From Dipteris shenzhenensis (lineage: Eukaryota), in assembly GCA_047967505.1 (NCBI GenBank), contig CM106538.1: DNA of 64,000 nt, one strand, 5' to 3'. Below are positions 11,131 through 24,283 of this stretch, piece after piece. The position numbers and the translations under genes are program-made. The notes beneath the pieces were generated by a model. It did not search any database. It saw only the letters and a list, made by a program, of their open reading frames with translations, and had not been told where the DNA came from. Position 1 is the first letter of the stretch, and each line of letters begins with the position of its first letter.

Positions 11131-12599
11131 GAAGCAAGCAAGCATAAACGGTTGCAAAGAGCCTCTCCAACGAAAAAGCCAAGGTGGTGAAATGATGCAA
11201 GAGCATACAGCCAGGTTTGGTGCAGGGTCTTGGGAGGTTGGCACGTGCCGAGCCATGCATGGCGTGCGGACCTCACATTGCGTGGCCAACAGGTTGTGGG
11301 ATAGCCACCAAATGGAACCAATGGTAAAGAAAATCCAACTAAATTCTTTTTCATTCTTTAGTTGTGGCCTTCACTATGACCTGCACCCACGGCAGGCACC
11401 CACGGCAGGCCAAAAAGGGGGGTTAGTCCCACGTAAAACCTATACAAAATTTGGCTCGTGATGACAAGTGGCAAGCCTGGAGCCTATGCTGCAAATTGAT
11501 GTCATTCGAGGTACAAGCACGATTTGATTTCTAACAATGCCCTACTAACCACCGGATATGATCCAACTCATATCCCTTATGTTTGCACTGGTCTGGGCTA
11601 GGATAGCCGACTCTTTAGACACCGACTCTCGTTGTTGGTCAAATACCAATGGTTCCTGCTCTCCCAAATGGCCGCAATTTACTAGTTCTTAAGTGCTTAG
11701 TGTGTCTTCTCTAATCTTATTTTTGTATGATGAGTTAGTCTATGCAACTCTTGTGAATCTCCAAGTGATTTTTTTAAGAAATTTAAGTAAATTGTGTTTT
11801 ACAAATTGCCATTTATGAGATACCCTATCAAAAATTTAAGTAAGTACACTGCCAACTAGGCTACATGCAAGTGTGGGAAGGCATCCCATGACTAATCGCA
11901 CTGAGGGTAGATGGAGCATTTCCCGAGGCAGTCCACTCTCGAGTTGCGGGCCCATTTGGAGCCCCAAATGATCTCAGATGGAATGGAGACCATAGGTGTG
12001 TTGATCTATTTTGCACCATGGTTCTATCGTGTGGTCGGTGGCCTATTTCGGGGATGACCCCTAATCGGCCGTTTTGGGCGGACTGGGTTAGTTACCCAAT
12101 TGGGTCTAACCGACTACGACTAGTCGCTATATAAGAGCAAGCCCGTGAAGCCCATTTCATCACTGGTTACAGCAACCCTGATTCCTTAGCATCCAGCCTC
12201 CATCTTCTACTGTTTCTAGCACACCATCGAAGTTTCTCTCATAAGAGCGCACGGTTGGGAGGCAGCGCCATCTATTGTATCAGTTTTACAGTAATCAAAT
12301 TTTTTAGTCTCCATACTATCTACTTTTCTCTCTTGCATGTGAGATCCTGTTATCTGTTGAGCACAGACGTTGTATTATTTTCTTACATGATCTTGAATGT
12401 AGCATTTCTAACATCTTCTTGTAAGCACCCTTTTATTGTAATTGGGAGGATGAACTATCAAAGCAACAAAGATGTCATGTCAACAATACAACATAATCAT
12501 AATTATGCCAATGCATCACGATTATCGATACACTAATCCTACAGCTTAGAATACCTGTAAGACCTTGTGCCAATCATGGGACTTAAGCCCACTAAGCTT

Positions 12600-14680
12600 A
12601 TCGTTCTTTGAAAATGCTCCTTTCAAGCAACACATGTACCTAGTGGGTGTTTGAAAAGAGGCAATGTCTGCCTTGACCGCTACCTACTCCCTCGTAGAGA
12701 GGATCCACGTTGCTTTCGGGAGGATAACTTTTCCTGAAGTATGCACTTGGGGCCACAAACGAGACATCCGATTCATAGCACGCAAGTCTTCTCGCACTCC
12801 TCTCAAGTCTTTGGAACCAACCACAAGTGTGCCCAAATAGTAGCCCCCACATTCTTGAAGATATGCATGGGATCTAAAAGATGATTGATTTATAACTAAT
12901 TCGAATAAGGAAGCTCATGAAAGATCGATAGCCTCTTCATACCAAGAGGAGGTTCCTCTCCATTTGCCCTCCAAACCTGAATCCAGTCACTTGCCTTCAA
13001 ATATGATGGTGGTGGATCAAGCTGACCTCCACGCACGAGATGGGGTCTAGCAGAAGGTATCAAGCATGACCTTCATAAACATTTTTCCTCATATATTTGG
13101 AGTATCGTGCAAGCAATTTTAAACCCGGTCCACAAACAGGACAAGCATGGTACCCACTTGTAATAAGTCTTGCACGCGGCATGAATGTGTTAGTATAAGA
13201 CATGCGTGCGAAAGCATAATCCTATATTATACATGTAGAGACACAACCACGTACCTGCGCACTCTCCATATCCTGGGTAGTCATGCATGGTCCACATCAA
13301 GATACCCTTGACCAAAATATCATTGGTATGTCTAGGAGCTCTGGAAATATCAAAGACCTGCACTCCTCTCCATAATATATGTAACTCCTCTATCAAAGGT
13401 GCCATGTACACGTCCATATTTTTTGCCTTGTACTTCCCTGACACAAGTAGTGCAAGCATGAGGTGTCCCTTTTTTATTATTAGCCATGGTGGGATATTGT
13501 AATTCACCACGACTATGGGCCATGTTGAGCGTAACCCGAAAGGATTCACGCCGTCCATGGCGAGCCCAAGATGTAAGTTGTGTGGCTCCCTTGCAAAGTC
13601 TGGTTGTCTATGTGCTTCCAAGCTGTGCTTCCAAGCTGCACAATCTGCGAGAATCCTCAATGTGTCATCAGTGGACCGATGAGATGCATGCCATGTCATC
13701 AACTCCACTATGGATTTGCATCGGAACATGTGCTATATTCTTGCAATGATGGGAAAGTGTCTCAAGATCTTTACCGACCTGCAAGTCATCTCTATATCAT
13801 TGTTCCCCACATTTTGGACAACTAGCCAAATCTCCATGCTCACAATGAAAGAGAATACAGTCATTACGGCAAGCATGGATGGTATCATAATCCATACCCA
13901 CCGTTGTTAGCATCTTCTTTGCTTCATCTCTTGATGCGGCATGGTATTTGGTGCAAGCAACATCTTCTGAAGCAACCTATCACAATTCAAACATACATAG
14001 GCTTCGAATAATGATGATTCGGTACACTAATCCATACATGATGATTCTCAAAACAAACAATATCCAAATAATGAGTCAAATTAATGCAGGAGCTAACCTC
14101 ATTAAGGCTGAGACACTTGTATCTGACCACACATACTTTACTTGTAGATTCAAGATTGAGAGATAAGCATGTAGTTTAGACATCCTAACACCCTCGTACA
14201 ACTGTGTTGATTGCAACTCTCGCATTTTGACCTCAGACTCTGACATCACGTGTATATGGGATGTAGTGCCCCTAAAAATAGAATCCATCATGTACCCTCA
14301 TCATCATCCGAGAGACTATAGTCTTGCTCAAAGTGTAAAGATATATGTGTACCCTCGTCAGCCTCATCATCCTATTTTAAGATTTTGTGTAAATAGAAGA
14401 TCTTGTCTCAAGGTTTCATATCGTAATAGTATCCAATATTAACCACAAACTCAAATAGCTTTGTCTTACCGATAATCCATCAACATGTACAACACCAACA
14501 GTGGGTACTGGTTCGAGCTCCTCCCCATACATCCGTAAGTCGTGCATGATAATATGACATTGATGTCGTACTTCTCGCTTGCAATGAGTGCAATGATAAT
14601 ATAACCTCTTCGTAAGCCACTTTGTGCTCCTGAGCATTGGCACATCATCTGATGAGCTTCCACTCGTCTCTTCCATCTAC
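12600..14680 (-). mobile_element. CACTA (En/Spm) transposase remnant (Transposase_21/TnpD)
   Basis: ORF 13190-13729 carries MTWHA, FAREPHNLHLGLAMDGVNPF, STWPIVVVNYNIPPW, MDVYMAPLIEEL and MWTMHDYPG. Upstream pieces are QLYEG..SKL..WSDTS (14076-14291) and a Cys/His transposase-associated domain (14416-14676); a downstream exon reads GYHACPVC (about 13130-13165). Termini were not found. Confidence 0.92.
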
Positions 14681-14781
14681 ACACTTCTAAAATCACAACA
14701 TAAGTTGCAAGGAAATCTATTAACAATAATAAAATAGCCACCTATGAGCTTCTTTTTTAGCTTTTAATAATAAGTGCTCTG

Positions 14782-14920
14782 AAACGTCGCTATATAGCGA
14801 CGTTTTGCTCTGTTCCATCGCTATATAGCGACGATTTGCTCTGTTCCATCGCTATATAGCGATGCTTTTAAATATAAGCATCGCAATATAGCAACTGACC
14901 AGCGTTACTATATAGTGACA
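14782..14920. repeat. Array of palindromic TCGCTATATAGCGA motifs (31-bp period)
   Basis: Perfect 24-bp palindrome AAACGTCGCTATATAGCGACGTTT at 14782-14805; the core repeats at about 14818 and 14849, with degenerate copies near 14880 and 14903. Confidence 0.9.
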
Positions 14921-15579
14921 CTGTGGGCTAAAACTCGAAACCCCGTGGCACGGCGCTTTCTTTAGCATCTCTATTGTGGGAAAAGCAATTTCTTCTCCCA
15001 CCTTATATCCGACGACCTCGCTTTCCTCCTCTCTATTCTCCACTCCTCACCACTACTCAACCCCTCTCCTAACACTTGTGCTTCCTCTCCACCCTTCTCC
15101 CTCTTTGCTTGTGTGAAAAGAAGTTTTTCAAGAAGATGAGTCTTTTTAAGCAATGTAGGTTCGTTTTTTGTGAGATTTCGTTTTGTGAGTGTTGAAGCAT
15201 GTTTCTCCTTGTATTGCTAAGGCTATGTGCTAGTTTTCATGCTTGATTTTCAAGGGTTAAAGACAAAAAACGAAATTTTGTGAAAGAAAGAAGACTCACC
15301 TCTTTTAGTCTTTTTTGTATTTCTCTTCCTCCTCTTTCTCCTTGTCTCCTCAATCCAATCCCTTTAAGAAGTTGCTTCTTTAAACTCCTCCTTCCTTTAA
15401 CTAGTTATTTGAAAAATGGTATGTTTCCTCTCTTTTGTAGGGCTAGTCCACAAAACACCGGAGCAGGACTATTCCAGGTAAGAAAGTGCTTTCTCTTTTT
15501 TCCTTTTGTTATTTTTGTTATTTGCATTGGTCTACAGCTAGCGCCTTAAGCACTAACTGTAGTGATGAGCATAGGAAGC

Positions 15580-17530
15580 CTCTCTTCCCCTATTCCCTCT
15601 TCTTTCCCTCTTTTCTCCTCTTCCTTCTCTTCTTTTTTCCTCTTCTTTTTTCCCTCTTTCAATATCTTTTCCCCTCTTCTTTTTCCCCCTCTTTCAATCT
15701 CTTTTTCCCTCCTTTTCTTTTCTTTTTTCCCTCTTTCAATCTCTTTTCCCCTCTTTCGATCTCTTTTTTCCTCCTTTCCTTCTCTTCTTTTTCCCCTCTT
15801 TCAATCTTTTTTCCTCTCTCTTTCCCCCCCTCTTTTCCCTCTTTCAATCTCTTTTCATAAGCATATGTATTTGCCTATGCTTATGCTGATGCATGAGCAT
15901 ATGCTCATATGCTCATGCATAAGCACAAGCTTATGCTTTCTCTCTTTTTCTTTTATGCTCATATGCTCATGCATAAGCATAAGCATATGCTTTCTTTCCT
16001 TTTCTCTTATGCTTATGCTCTTTTTCCCTCTTCTTTCTCTTATGCTTATGCTTATGCATGAGCATATGTCTCTTTCTCCTTCTCCTCTTTTCTTGTTTTC
16101 CTCTTTTCCTCTCTCTTTCCCCCCTCTTTCCCCTCTTTTAATCTATTTTCATAAGCATATGTATTTGCCTATGCTTAATCTTTCTCTCTTTTTCTTTTAT
16201 GCTTATATGCTCATGCATAAGCATAAGCATATGCTTTGTTTCCTTTCCCTCTTCTATCTCTTATGCTTATGCTTATGCATGAGCATATGTCTCCTTCTCC
16301 TTCTCCTTCTCCTCTTTTTCTCTTTTTCTCTCTCTTTCCCCCTCTCTTTTCCCTCTTTCAATCTCTTTTCATAAGCATATGTATTTGCCTATGCTTAAGC
16401 TTTCTCTCTTTTTCTTTTATGCTCATATGCTCATGCATAAGCATAAGCATATGCTTTCTTTGCTTTTTTCTTATGCTTATGCTCTTTCTCCCTCTTTCTT
16501 CTCTTATGCTTATGCTTATGCATGAGCATATGTCTCCTTCTCCTTCTCCTTTCCTTCTCTTCTTTTTCCCTCTCTTTTTCTCTTCTTGTCATAAGCATAT
16601 GCCTATGCATGTCCTTCTCCTTCTCCTTCTCCTTCTCCTTCTTTCTTCTTTCTCTTACGCTTATGCATAAGAATAAGCATATCCTTTCCTTCCCTTTCTC
16701 TTATGCTTATGCTCTTTTTCCCTCTTCCTTCTCTTATGCTTATGCTTATGCATGAGCATATGTCTCCTTCTCTCTTCCTTCTCTTATGCTTATGCATGAG
16801 CATATGTCTCCTTCTCCTCTCTCCCTCTCGTTCTCCTTCTCCTTCTCTTCTCCTCTCTCCCTCTCCTTCTCCTTCTCCTTTCCCTCTTTCAATCTCTTTT
16901 TCCCCTCTTCCTCCTTTTCTTCTCTCATGAGCATGTCTCATTTTTCTCTTTTCCTCTCTCTTTCTCCCCCTCTTCCCCCTTTTTCGATCTCTTTTCATAA
17001 GCATATGTATTTGCCTATGCTTAATCTTTCTCTCTTTTTCTTTTATGCTCATATGCTCATGCATAAGAATAAGCATATCCTTTCTCTCTTCTTTCTCTTA
17101 TGCTTATGCTCTTTTTCCCTCTTCTTTCTCTTATGCTTATGCATGAGCATATGTCTCCTTCTCCTCTTTTCCTCTCTCCTTCTCCTTCTCCTTCTCCTTC
17201 TCCTTCCCTTCTCTTCTTTTTTCCTCACTCTTTCTCTTCTTTTCATAAGCATATGCCTATGACTATGCCTATGCCTATGCATATCCTTCTCCTTTCCTTC
17301 TCTTCTTTTTCTCTTCTTTTCATAAGCATATGCCTATGCATGTCCTCCTTCTCCTTCTCCTTCTCCTCTCTTTCTCTTATTTTTTCCTCTCTTCTTTCTC
17401 TTCTCCTTCTCCTTCTCTCTTCTTTCTCTTCTTTTTTCCTCCTTCTCTCTTCTTTCTCTTCTCTCTTCCTCTCTTTTTGTCTTCTTTTCACAAGCATATG
17501 CCTATGCCTATGCCTACGCCTATGCTTATG
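15580..17530. repeat. Low-complexity satellite of CT-rich tracts and (CTTATG)n/GCATGAGCATATG modules
   Basis: Many copies of CTTATGCTTATGCATGAGCATATG and its near reverse complement CATATGCTCATGCATAAGCATAAG between polypyrimidine runs. Confidence 0.92.
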
Positions 17531-17574
17531 TTTGTTTTTTATTTCTTATTTTCGTGTTTGTGTCTATGTTAGAC

Positions 17575-17805
17575 ATGGGATCACATCGCACGTCCGATGA
17601 GTATGGATAGCCTCGCAGGAAGAGACATCACGATCTCTATTCTCCAGAGGACTTTGATTCCTCTCACGCGACACCTCAGGGGCCTACCCCTGTGACTACC
17701 CCTGGCCTGACTCCTCTCAGGCATAGCACTGTGACTACCCGTCGAGGAACTCCTTTGCTAGCAGCCCATGGCTTTGTCAAGAGTCCCGATGAGTTTGTAG
17801 CATAG
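17575..17805 (+). pseudogene. Possible 5' exon of a second, divergently oriented CACTA ORF
   Basis: ATG follows an acceptor-like TTAG; the frame reads MGSHRTSDEYG*PRRKRHH...TPLLAAHGFVKSPDEFVA with one internal TAG. A small exon-like block with AG/GT boundaries lies upstream at 15441-15477. Confidence 0.3.
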
Positions 17806-18146
17806 AATTTATAAGGAAAATTTTATTGCTTTAGAAGAAATGATTTAGACAAGAAAAAACATTAAATGAAAAGAAAAAAATGAGTAAGGAACTTGAAAAT
17901 TTACATAAATAAATAAACAAATTATACCTATATACATAAATGTATATATATTTTAACTACAAAGACAAATATAATAGTACATAAATAAAAAGGAACGTGG
18001 TGTGTGTAAGGGAAAATGGGTTGGGCGTGAGGCATAAGGCCAATAGTTTGGCAATGCACACTTGCTAGCAAACCTTGTATAACCAAAGACAGCCACCACA
18101 AGGAGTGGACTAGAAAGTTAACAATAATAAACTAAAGAGAGCCAAT

Positions 18147-18187
<41 letters not shown>

Positions 18188-18719
18188 CATGAATAAATAT
18201 ATATACATAAGAATGAAACCATAAATAATGAAGCATTAGCCCTTATTGTTAAAGACAGCTATTAAAAGTCAAAGCCATCAAAAAATATCTACAAGAATAC
18301 GTATAAATATACTTATAGTATCGAGATATTATATGTAAGATTATAAATATGAATAAATGTACAAATATATATATATATATATATATATAATTTCAACATG
18401 GACGGTTACCACAAAGGGTTCCCACATACAAAACAGGCAAGCAAGGCTATCAAGAGTAGAGTATTGAGCTACAGGACACGAGCGAGTCACGTAGCTAGCA
18501 CAACAAGAGTCAGTAGAAGTACCGAGAGCCAACAAGATCCGGTTGAGGTTATGAGAAGGGAGTCTTTCCGAGCAAGGAGGTGCAAGACAATGAGCAACAG
18601 AGGACTAAGATCATGCAAGAGTGTGCAGCCAAACCAGCACCTTCGAAAGAAGCAATGCCACACAAGTTGGAGAAACCAAGGATCTACAACTCATGATTAG
18701 AGGCGACAAGGCTTTTTAC

Positions 18720-18857
18720 AAATTCGAAGGTATGATCATGAACGTCAATCCCTCGATCCTCAGTAGCTACCCAAGAATGAAAAAGTGGAAAATCGAAGGT
18801 ATGATCATGAATGTCAATCCCTCAATCCTCAATAGCTACCTAAGAATGAAAAAGTGG
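18720..18857. repeat. 69-bp tandem duplication
   Basis: TCGAAGGTATGATCATGAAyGTCAATCCCTC...AAGAATGAAAAAGTGG occurs at 18724 and 18793. Confidence 0.9.
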
Positions 18858-21800
18858 CTTCAATATCACCCGCCAACCACATGAAGCAAAAGAAAAAATG
18901 TCGTAAGGCCAAGTCATCTAAACATTGCAAATAAGAAAGTAGAGAGCCCTCCAAGTAACGAAACTGAGTAAAAGAACCCTCGAAGAACTTGCCTCATGTG
19001 TAAAGCCAAGGGGACGTAGATGTAGCTGTTTGTGTCATGCTCATGAAAATCTACCAAAGGGACATAGAAAGGGTGCGCCAAAAAGAAGGAGAGGTGAAGA
19101 AAGAGAGAAGAACCTGGGTGTCATATGGGAACGAGGAGGAACATACACATGAGCCTCTACTTTAAAAAAAGCCCATAAGCTTAAAAAATGCACATAAGCA
19201 AAATGCATACCAGCCATCATGTAATAATGGAGGGAAAGATCGTAAAAAGAGACCGTAGCAAGTGTAAGGCTGAAAGAAATCCAATGGAGACAGCATAATT
19301 GTGGGAAAAAGTTCATAGCAACACAAACAAATGCCTGGCAATGGTATCCAGAGAAGGAGCTAATGTGTGATCACCTAAGTGAAGTGCGTAGCTACTGAAA
19401 TGGCCAAGGAAGTGCACAAGTAGCGAAGAGGAAGAGCTGTTGCCAACAAGAAAGTCGAGACAAGGAGGGAAGCAAACTTGAGAAAAGGATGGCAACCAAG
19501 AGAAAAGGCAAGTAGAGCGTTGTGTTAACGCAATAGAAAGCGACATCGTTACGAAAGAGGATGAAAAGATAGTTGCAAGAGGATGAATACGAGTAAGGAG
19601 GGGTAGAATATAAAGTATAGGGAGCGTTACAAAGAAAACTGCCATGCAACAACATGGTTGGTGGTACCAGAGGGAGTTTTGGGATGGTTTTATTAATTGT
19701 AGTGCATTTAGGGGGTTTAGGGGTTTGTTTGATTGAGTTTAGGAGGGATTTGAATCAAGCAAAAAAGTGGACAAAGGGATTAATTAGAGACAGTTATATA
19801 TATATATATATGGGATTAAATTTTTTTTTTAATGCCAACCATTAAAAGAAAATAGCCAACTAATTAAAAGAAAAAATTCATTCAACTCACCTTCAGGGAG
19901 GGTACAAAAGTAAAGGGGTAGAAATATTAAAAATATCATTCTTCAAAACTTAAAAATTATCATTAAAAACATTAAAAAATCTTAAAGGTAGTCCCATATC
20001 TAGGGGGTAGTTGGGTTGTACATATTATTAAGGACTAAGAAAAAAGGGGTTGGGGGTTGGGGTTGTTGGGGGGGTGGGGGTGGAGTTGGAAAGTGTATAT
20101 GTGAGAAATTTTTATTGAGAAAATTTGTGGAAAAAAATGGGGGGCAAAAACTTGGAATGTAAATAAATATTTTTTACATAAACTTAAGAAAGATTTAAGA
20201 CAAAGTTAATAAAGTACATACAAGTGTGTGTGTAACAAAAAATATTATATATAATATATAAAATTGGCAAGGGGGTATACATTGACAGCCTCTTGACAGC
20301 AACCATCAAATGGGGGTTCCTAACTAACAATGATAAAAAGTGTATATATATATATAGGAAAATGAGTTCATGAACAACGAAACAAAGCACTAGGTATGAT
20401 AGAATTTTGTGTGTGTGTGTGTAAATTTTTTTTGAATTAAATGAAAAGACTGAATGCAATGAAAATGAATCTAGCTATATGCAAGTGGGGAATCCTAATG
20501 AACTATTTAAATAAATTTAATCATAGTTAAAATTATAACAAATATAAAAGTATGTGTATATATATTTAAGAATGTTTGTACATATAAATGTGGAAATGAA
20601 TGTCTAAAGCATGCTGAGGGTTTTTTTTTGTAGAAGCAGATCTACTAAGCCTAGAAGACGAAAGAGGTCGACTAAATAGCTAAGACCACGAGGGGGAAGC
20701 TCCCAAGTAAGGTAGGTGCACGTAACACCAGTAGAGCCCGAGCAGCAAGCTGCCAATAGGAAATGCAATCAGACTGAGTGTGCAAAGGGAGCGAACAAAA
20801 GGCCAAAAGAGTGGATGGTCTAGAGCAGACGGAGCTACAAGATACATGAAACCAAATGGTGGAACTCAAGGGCACAAGCGAGTACTCAAGCAAAGTGCAC
20901 AAGGAGCTTGTAAAGTCACCATGGGAAAGAGATGACACAGTAGCAGAGAGAACTAGAGGACTTAGAGCTTACGATAAGCTTGCAAGGAGCTGCATAAAGA
21001 TAAGAGGAGCAATTAAAGTATAGAGAAGGGTACGTTTAGAGGAAAGCCGGGTCGTGGCAAAAAGCTCTAAAGCACATGGAAGAGAGATAGTGCATGGAAA
21101 TATGCTCTACTAAAGAGCTAACGTGACTAAAAGCCAAGGAGAAGCCATCGAGGTAGTTTGAAGAGAAACTGAGGCTACCATTGGGTCATGAGGAGCAGCC
21201 AAAAGCCAGTGTTTGACAAGGTGAAAGGTCGAAGCTACTAATAGTCCAAGAGAATGATAATCTATTGCAAGGTGAAGACTCAGATCAACTCGATCAGTAG
21301 CACTAATAGCGAGGGTACGAGTGAGAGGCCAAGGCTTGGCCAAGGTAGTGTAGATTCTTAAAGAGAAGTGCAACTTAAGAGTACATAAGCAAGAAAAGAG
21401 GTCAAGCGAGAAGAACTCCAAAGGGACGTAAATAAGGAAGGAGGGGGAGAAAAAACCGTTACAAAGAATACAACATGGGCAGTGGTAAGGGGTTAGGGTT
21501 TAAGTTGGGAAGGTAGTACTAGTTTAGTGCAGTTAGGGGGTTTAGGGGTAACAGCTATTTACCAGACCACCACCCACATATCCCCATGCCATGCATGGTC
21601 GTGGAGGAAAGATATATAAGGGTATAGATAATATAAACTACAAGCCATCCATTAGGGAGTAGCTTAGGAAGGGTTTACCCTAAGCAACAAATCAATAAAA
21701 GTAAAAGATGATCACAAGCGAAGCTTTAAATCTTAAATGTAGTAAAATTAGAGGGGTTTAAAATTTTAAATGCATGTCATAGAGGTCAAAAAAACACCAT

Positions 21801-21876
21801 GTTCAAACTACATAAGAATTAAATTGCTAGGTGGACACAAGAGCTAACATCAAAAAATTATGGAAAGGGATGGATA

Positions 21877-22394
21877 TTGCAAGTAGCCTTAGGTATGACG
21901 GCTTTGGTTAGCAACAACTAGTGGCAATTGGGAGCCTATAAGAACTAACCCTAGCTCGTGCTTAACCAAGCCTAGGATTTTGCCCCTTTGCATGGGGATG
22001 CATGTTCGATACCATTAAGGATGCCACGAGTTTTCGCTAATAGATTTTGAGCTTTTAATCAAGTGATTTTATGAGAATAGTTTACACATAGGCGGTTCTT
22101 AGAATTTGTGGTACTCTATAGAGAAGGCAGTCAGCATGGCTAATGTATGCTGTAGACTTTGATCTTCCATGCAATTTGCTAAAAGATCCTCTAACTAACA
22201 TCAACAGATCTTCAACACTCGTTTGAGCTTTGCATTGCTAGACTTCGAGCCATGGCAGTGTCATGGGAAATCCCTCTAAACATGCTAGGACCTAGAAGTA
22301 TGAGCACTTATGGGATAATTTGGGAGTCGGGTCCCCTGGTTTTGAAGGCTTTACCCGTAATCTTGGATTGAGGCATGCAAAAAAGATGGTGATG
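21877..22394. repeat. ~515-bp direct repeat, copy 1
   Basis: TTGCAAGTAGCCTT...GAGGCATGCAAAAAAGATGGTGATG aligns by eye along its length with 24284-24794. Confidence 0.88.
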
Positions 22395-24283
22395 TCCAAG
22401 CTAGGGGGTACTTTTGGGTGGGTCAACGTTTGCTTGGGTGTAGCCAAACTATTTTCAGGGCCATTGTGGGGCCACGATGCGATGTGCTTTTGGGTGAATA
22501 TTTGAACCTTGCGCGAACCTACGCTCTCACCGGAAATTTTCTCGACGTCATGAATGCGTACTGGCATAATAATGAGACAATCTTATCATGGTCAATAGCG
22601 TAGAGCTCGACACATGGCACTTTATGCATTTACTCATGAGCATAGAGACTATTGCTCTCTGACTACATCACACATCCTTTGCCTTGCCATGTTTGCTTGT
22701 GCAGCTTCGCCATCTGTCACTGTACAACACAATCTTTTGCTGCGTTGACCATCGTGTTAGTTCAAGCACAACAGTGTTGGCCTGACAACAACACAAAACT
22801 TTTACCTTGCCACCTGTCATTACGCAGCTTCGCCATCTATTATTGCACAACACAATCTTTTGCTTTGCTTACCACCATGCTGGTTCAAGCAATGATGTTG
22901 GCATGGAGAGACCACCATGTTGGCATGAAGACCACCGTGGCATGTCAATCTCTAATGGGACTCCTCAAGGTCCATATCCACAACCACTGCGTTGGATGTT
23001 GGAGCTATTTTCGTTCTAAACCAAGGAAAATAGCGTTATTTTAGAGATATTTTAGTCGTATTACTCCTTGTGTAACAATTTCTCAACCATCGCATACGTT
23101 CTTGGAGCTATTTTAGTTCCAAGCTAAGGAAAATGTAGACATTTACAATTTAGTATAGTTTTCTTGCAACCACCGTGCTGGTTATTGGAGTTATCATAGT
23201 TCTAAAGCACTGCGCTGGTTATTGGAACCATTTTCACTACAATAAGAATAGTTTTTTCAACAATTTCTTGTGCAACGATCCCTATGGTTGCATTAAAATC
23301 TAAACGAGGGCAGAAATATGCCATTTGTTCTTCATTAGAGCCACTTTCACTACCGAAGTAACAGCCAACAATAGTTTTGGTGATAATGGTACTACATTGA
23401 AATTGAAATAAAAGAAATTACATTCGATAGTTTTTGCAATAATAGTATTACATCAAAATTGAAACAAAATAAATTACATCCAAAGAAAAAATTTAACAAA
23501 ACAGATTGCATACAAAGATGCTAGCACTTTGTTTTTGTGACACTTCTTTAAGCACTTGTCAACACCAACACTACGGCAGGACTAGGTGTCACTTTTTGCC
23601 CTTATTAGCACTTTCTTACACTTTTGACTAGGTGCCTTGTATGCAAGGGACAATACGAGCACCTCGTAGTGCTATCGTATGTAGGACTTTCTTACAATTT
23701 TGACTTGGAACTCCTCGTATGCAGGGGATAATATGAGCACCTCGTAATTGAAATAACCTTTTTCATAACAACTTCATAAGTCAAGGCACTGGAAAAGGGA
23801 ACTCAACTTTGAGGTGAGCTCAATCGAGCATAGCATTCGACAGCGGACAAGGAACTCAATATGGTGGTGAGCTTTAGCACACTGACGCATGCTCTCAGTG
23901 TGTTAGAGCTGATCACCAAGTTGAGTTCCTTCCCCAGTGCGAAAGGTTGTGCGCAATTACGAGAGGCTCAACACCAAGTTGAGTTCTCTTCCAGTGCCTC
24001 ACAGAACAACGACGACCCGTTTCCCTTGGCTCCCCATCCTGCAACATGGTTGGTCATGAGGTTTTTCTTTCAAGTCTTTCAAGGAATTGCCTTTGTCATA
24101 GCAACTTCTTTCAAGGCACTACCGGGGTTATCAAAGAATTGCTTCTTTCAAGCACTGGCAAAGAGAACTCAACTTGGCGGTGAGCTCAATCGAGTAGAAC
24201 ATTCGACAATTGACAATACTAATAGGTTGAACACTAGGTCTTGGGCTACAAGGCAACTGAATGATCAAACGTTAGAGTTGGCA

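Noticed and set aside
11870-12390. Solo-LTR-like segment with TATATAA near 12129 and a TTACA end
   Set aside because: No partner LTR, TSD, PBS or PPT could be confirmed.
14782-14920. CRISPR-like appearance of the palindromic repeats
   Set aside because: The spacers are near-identical rather than unique, there are no cas genes, and the context is a eukaryotic TE.
15486-17600. Many long ORFs on both strands (MLMLMHEHM..., EKEKE...)
   Set aside because: Stop-poor translations of the low-complexity satellite.
19700-21550. TTTAGGG-like motifs as an interstitial telomere
   Set aside because: Only a few degenerate units, not a tandem telomeric array.
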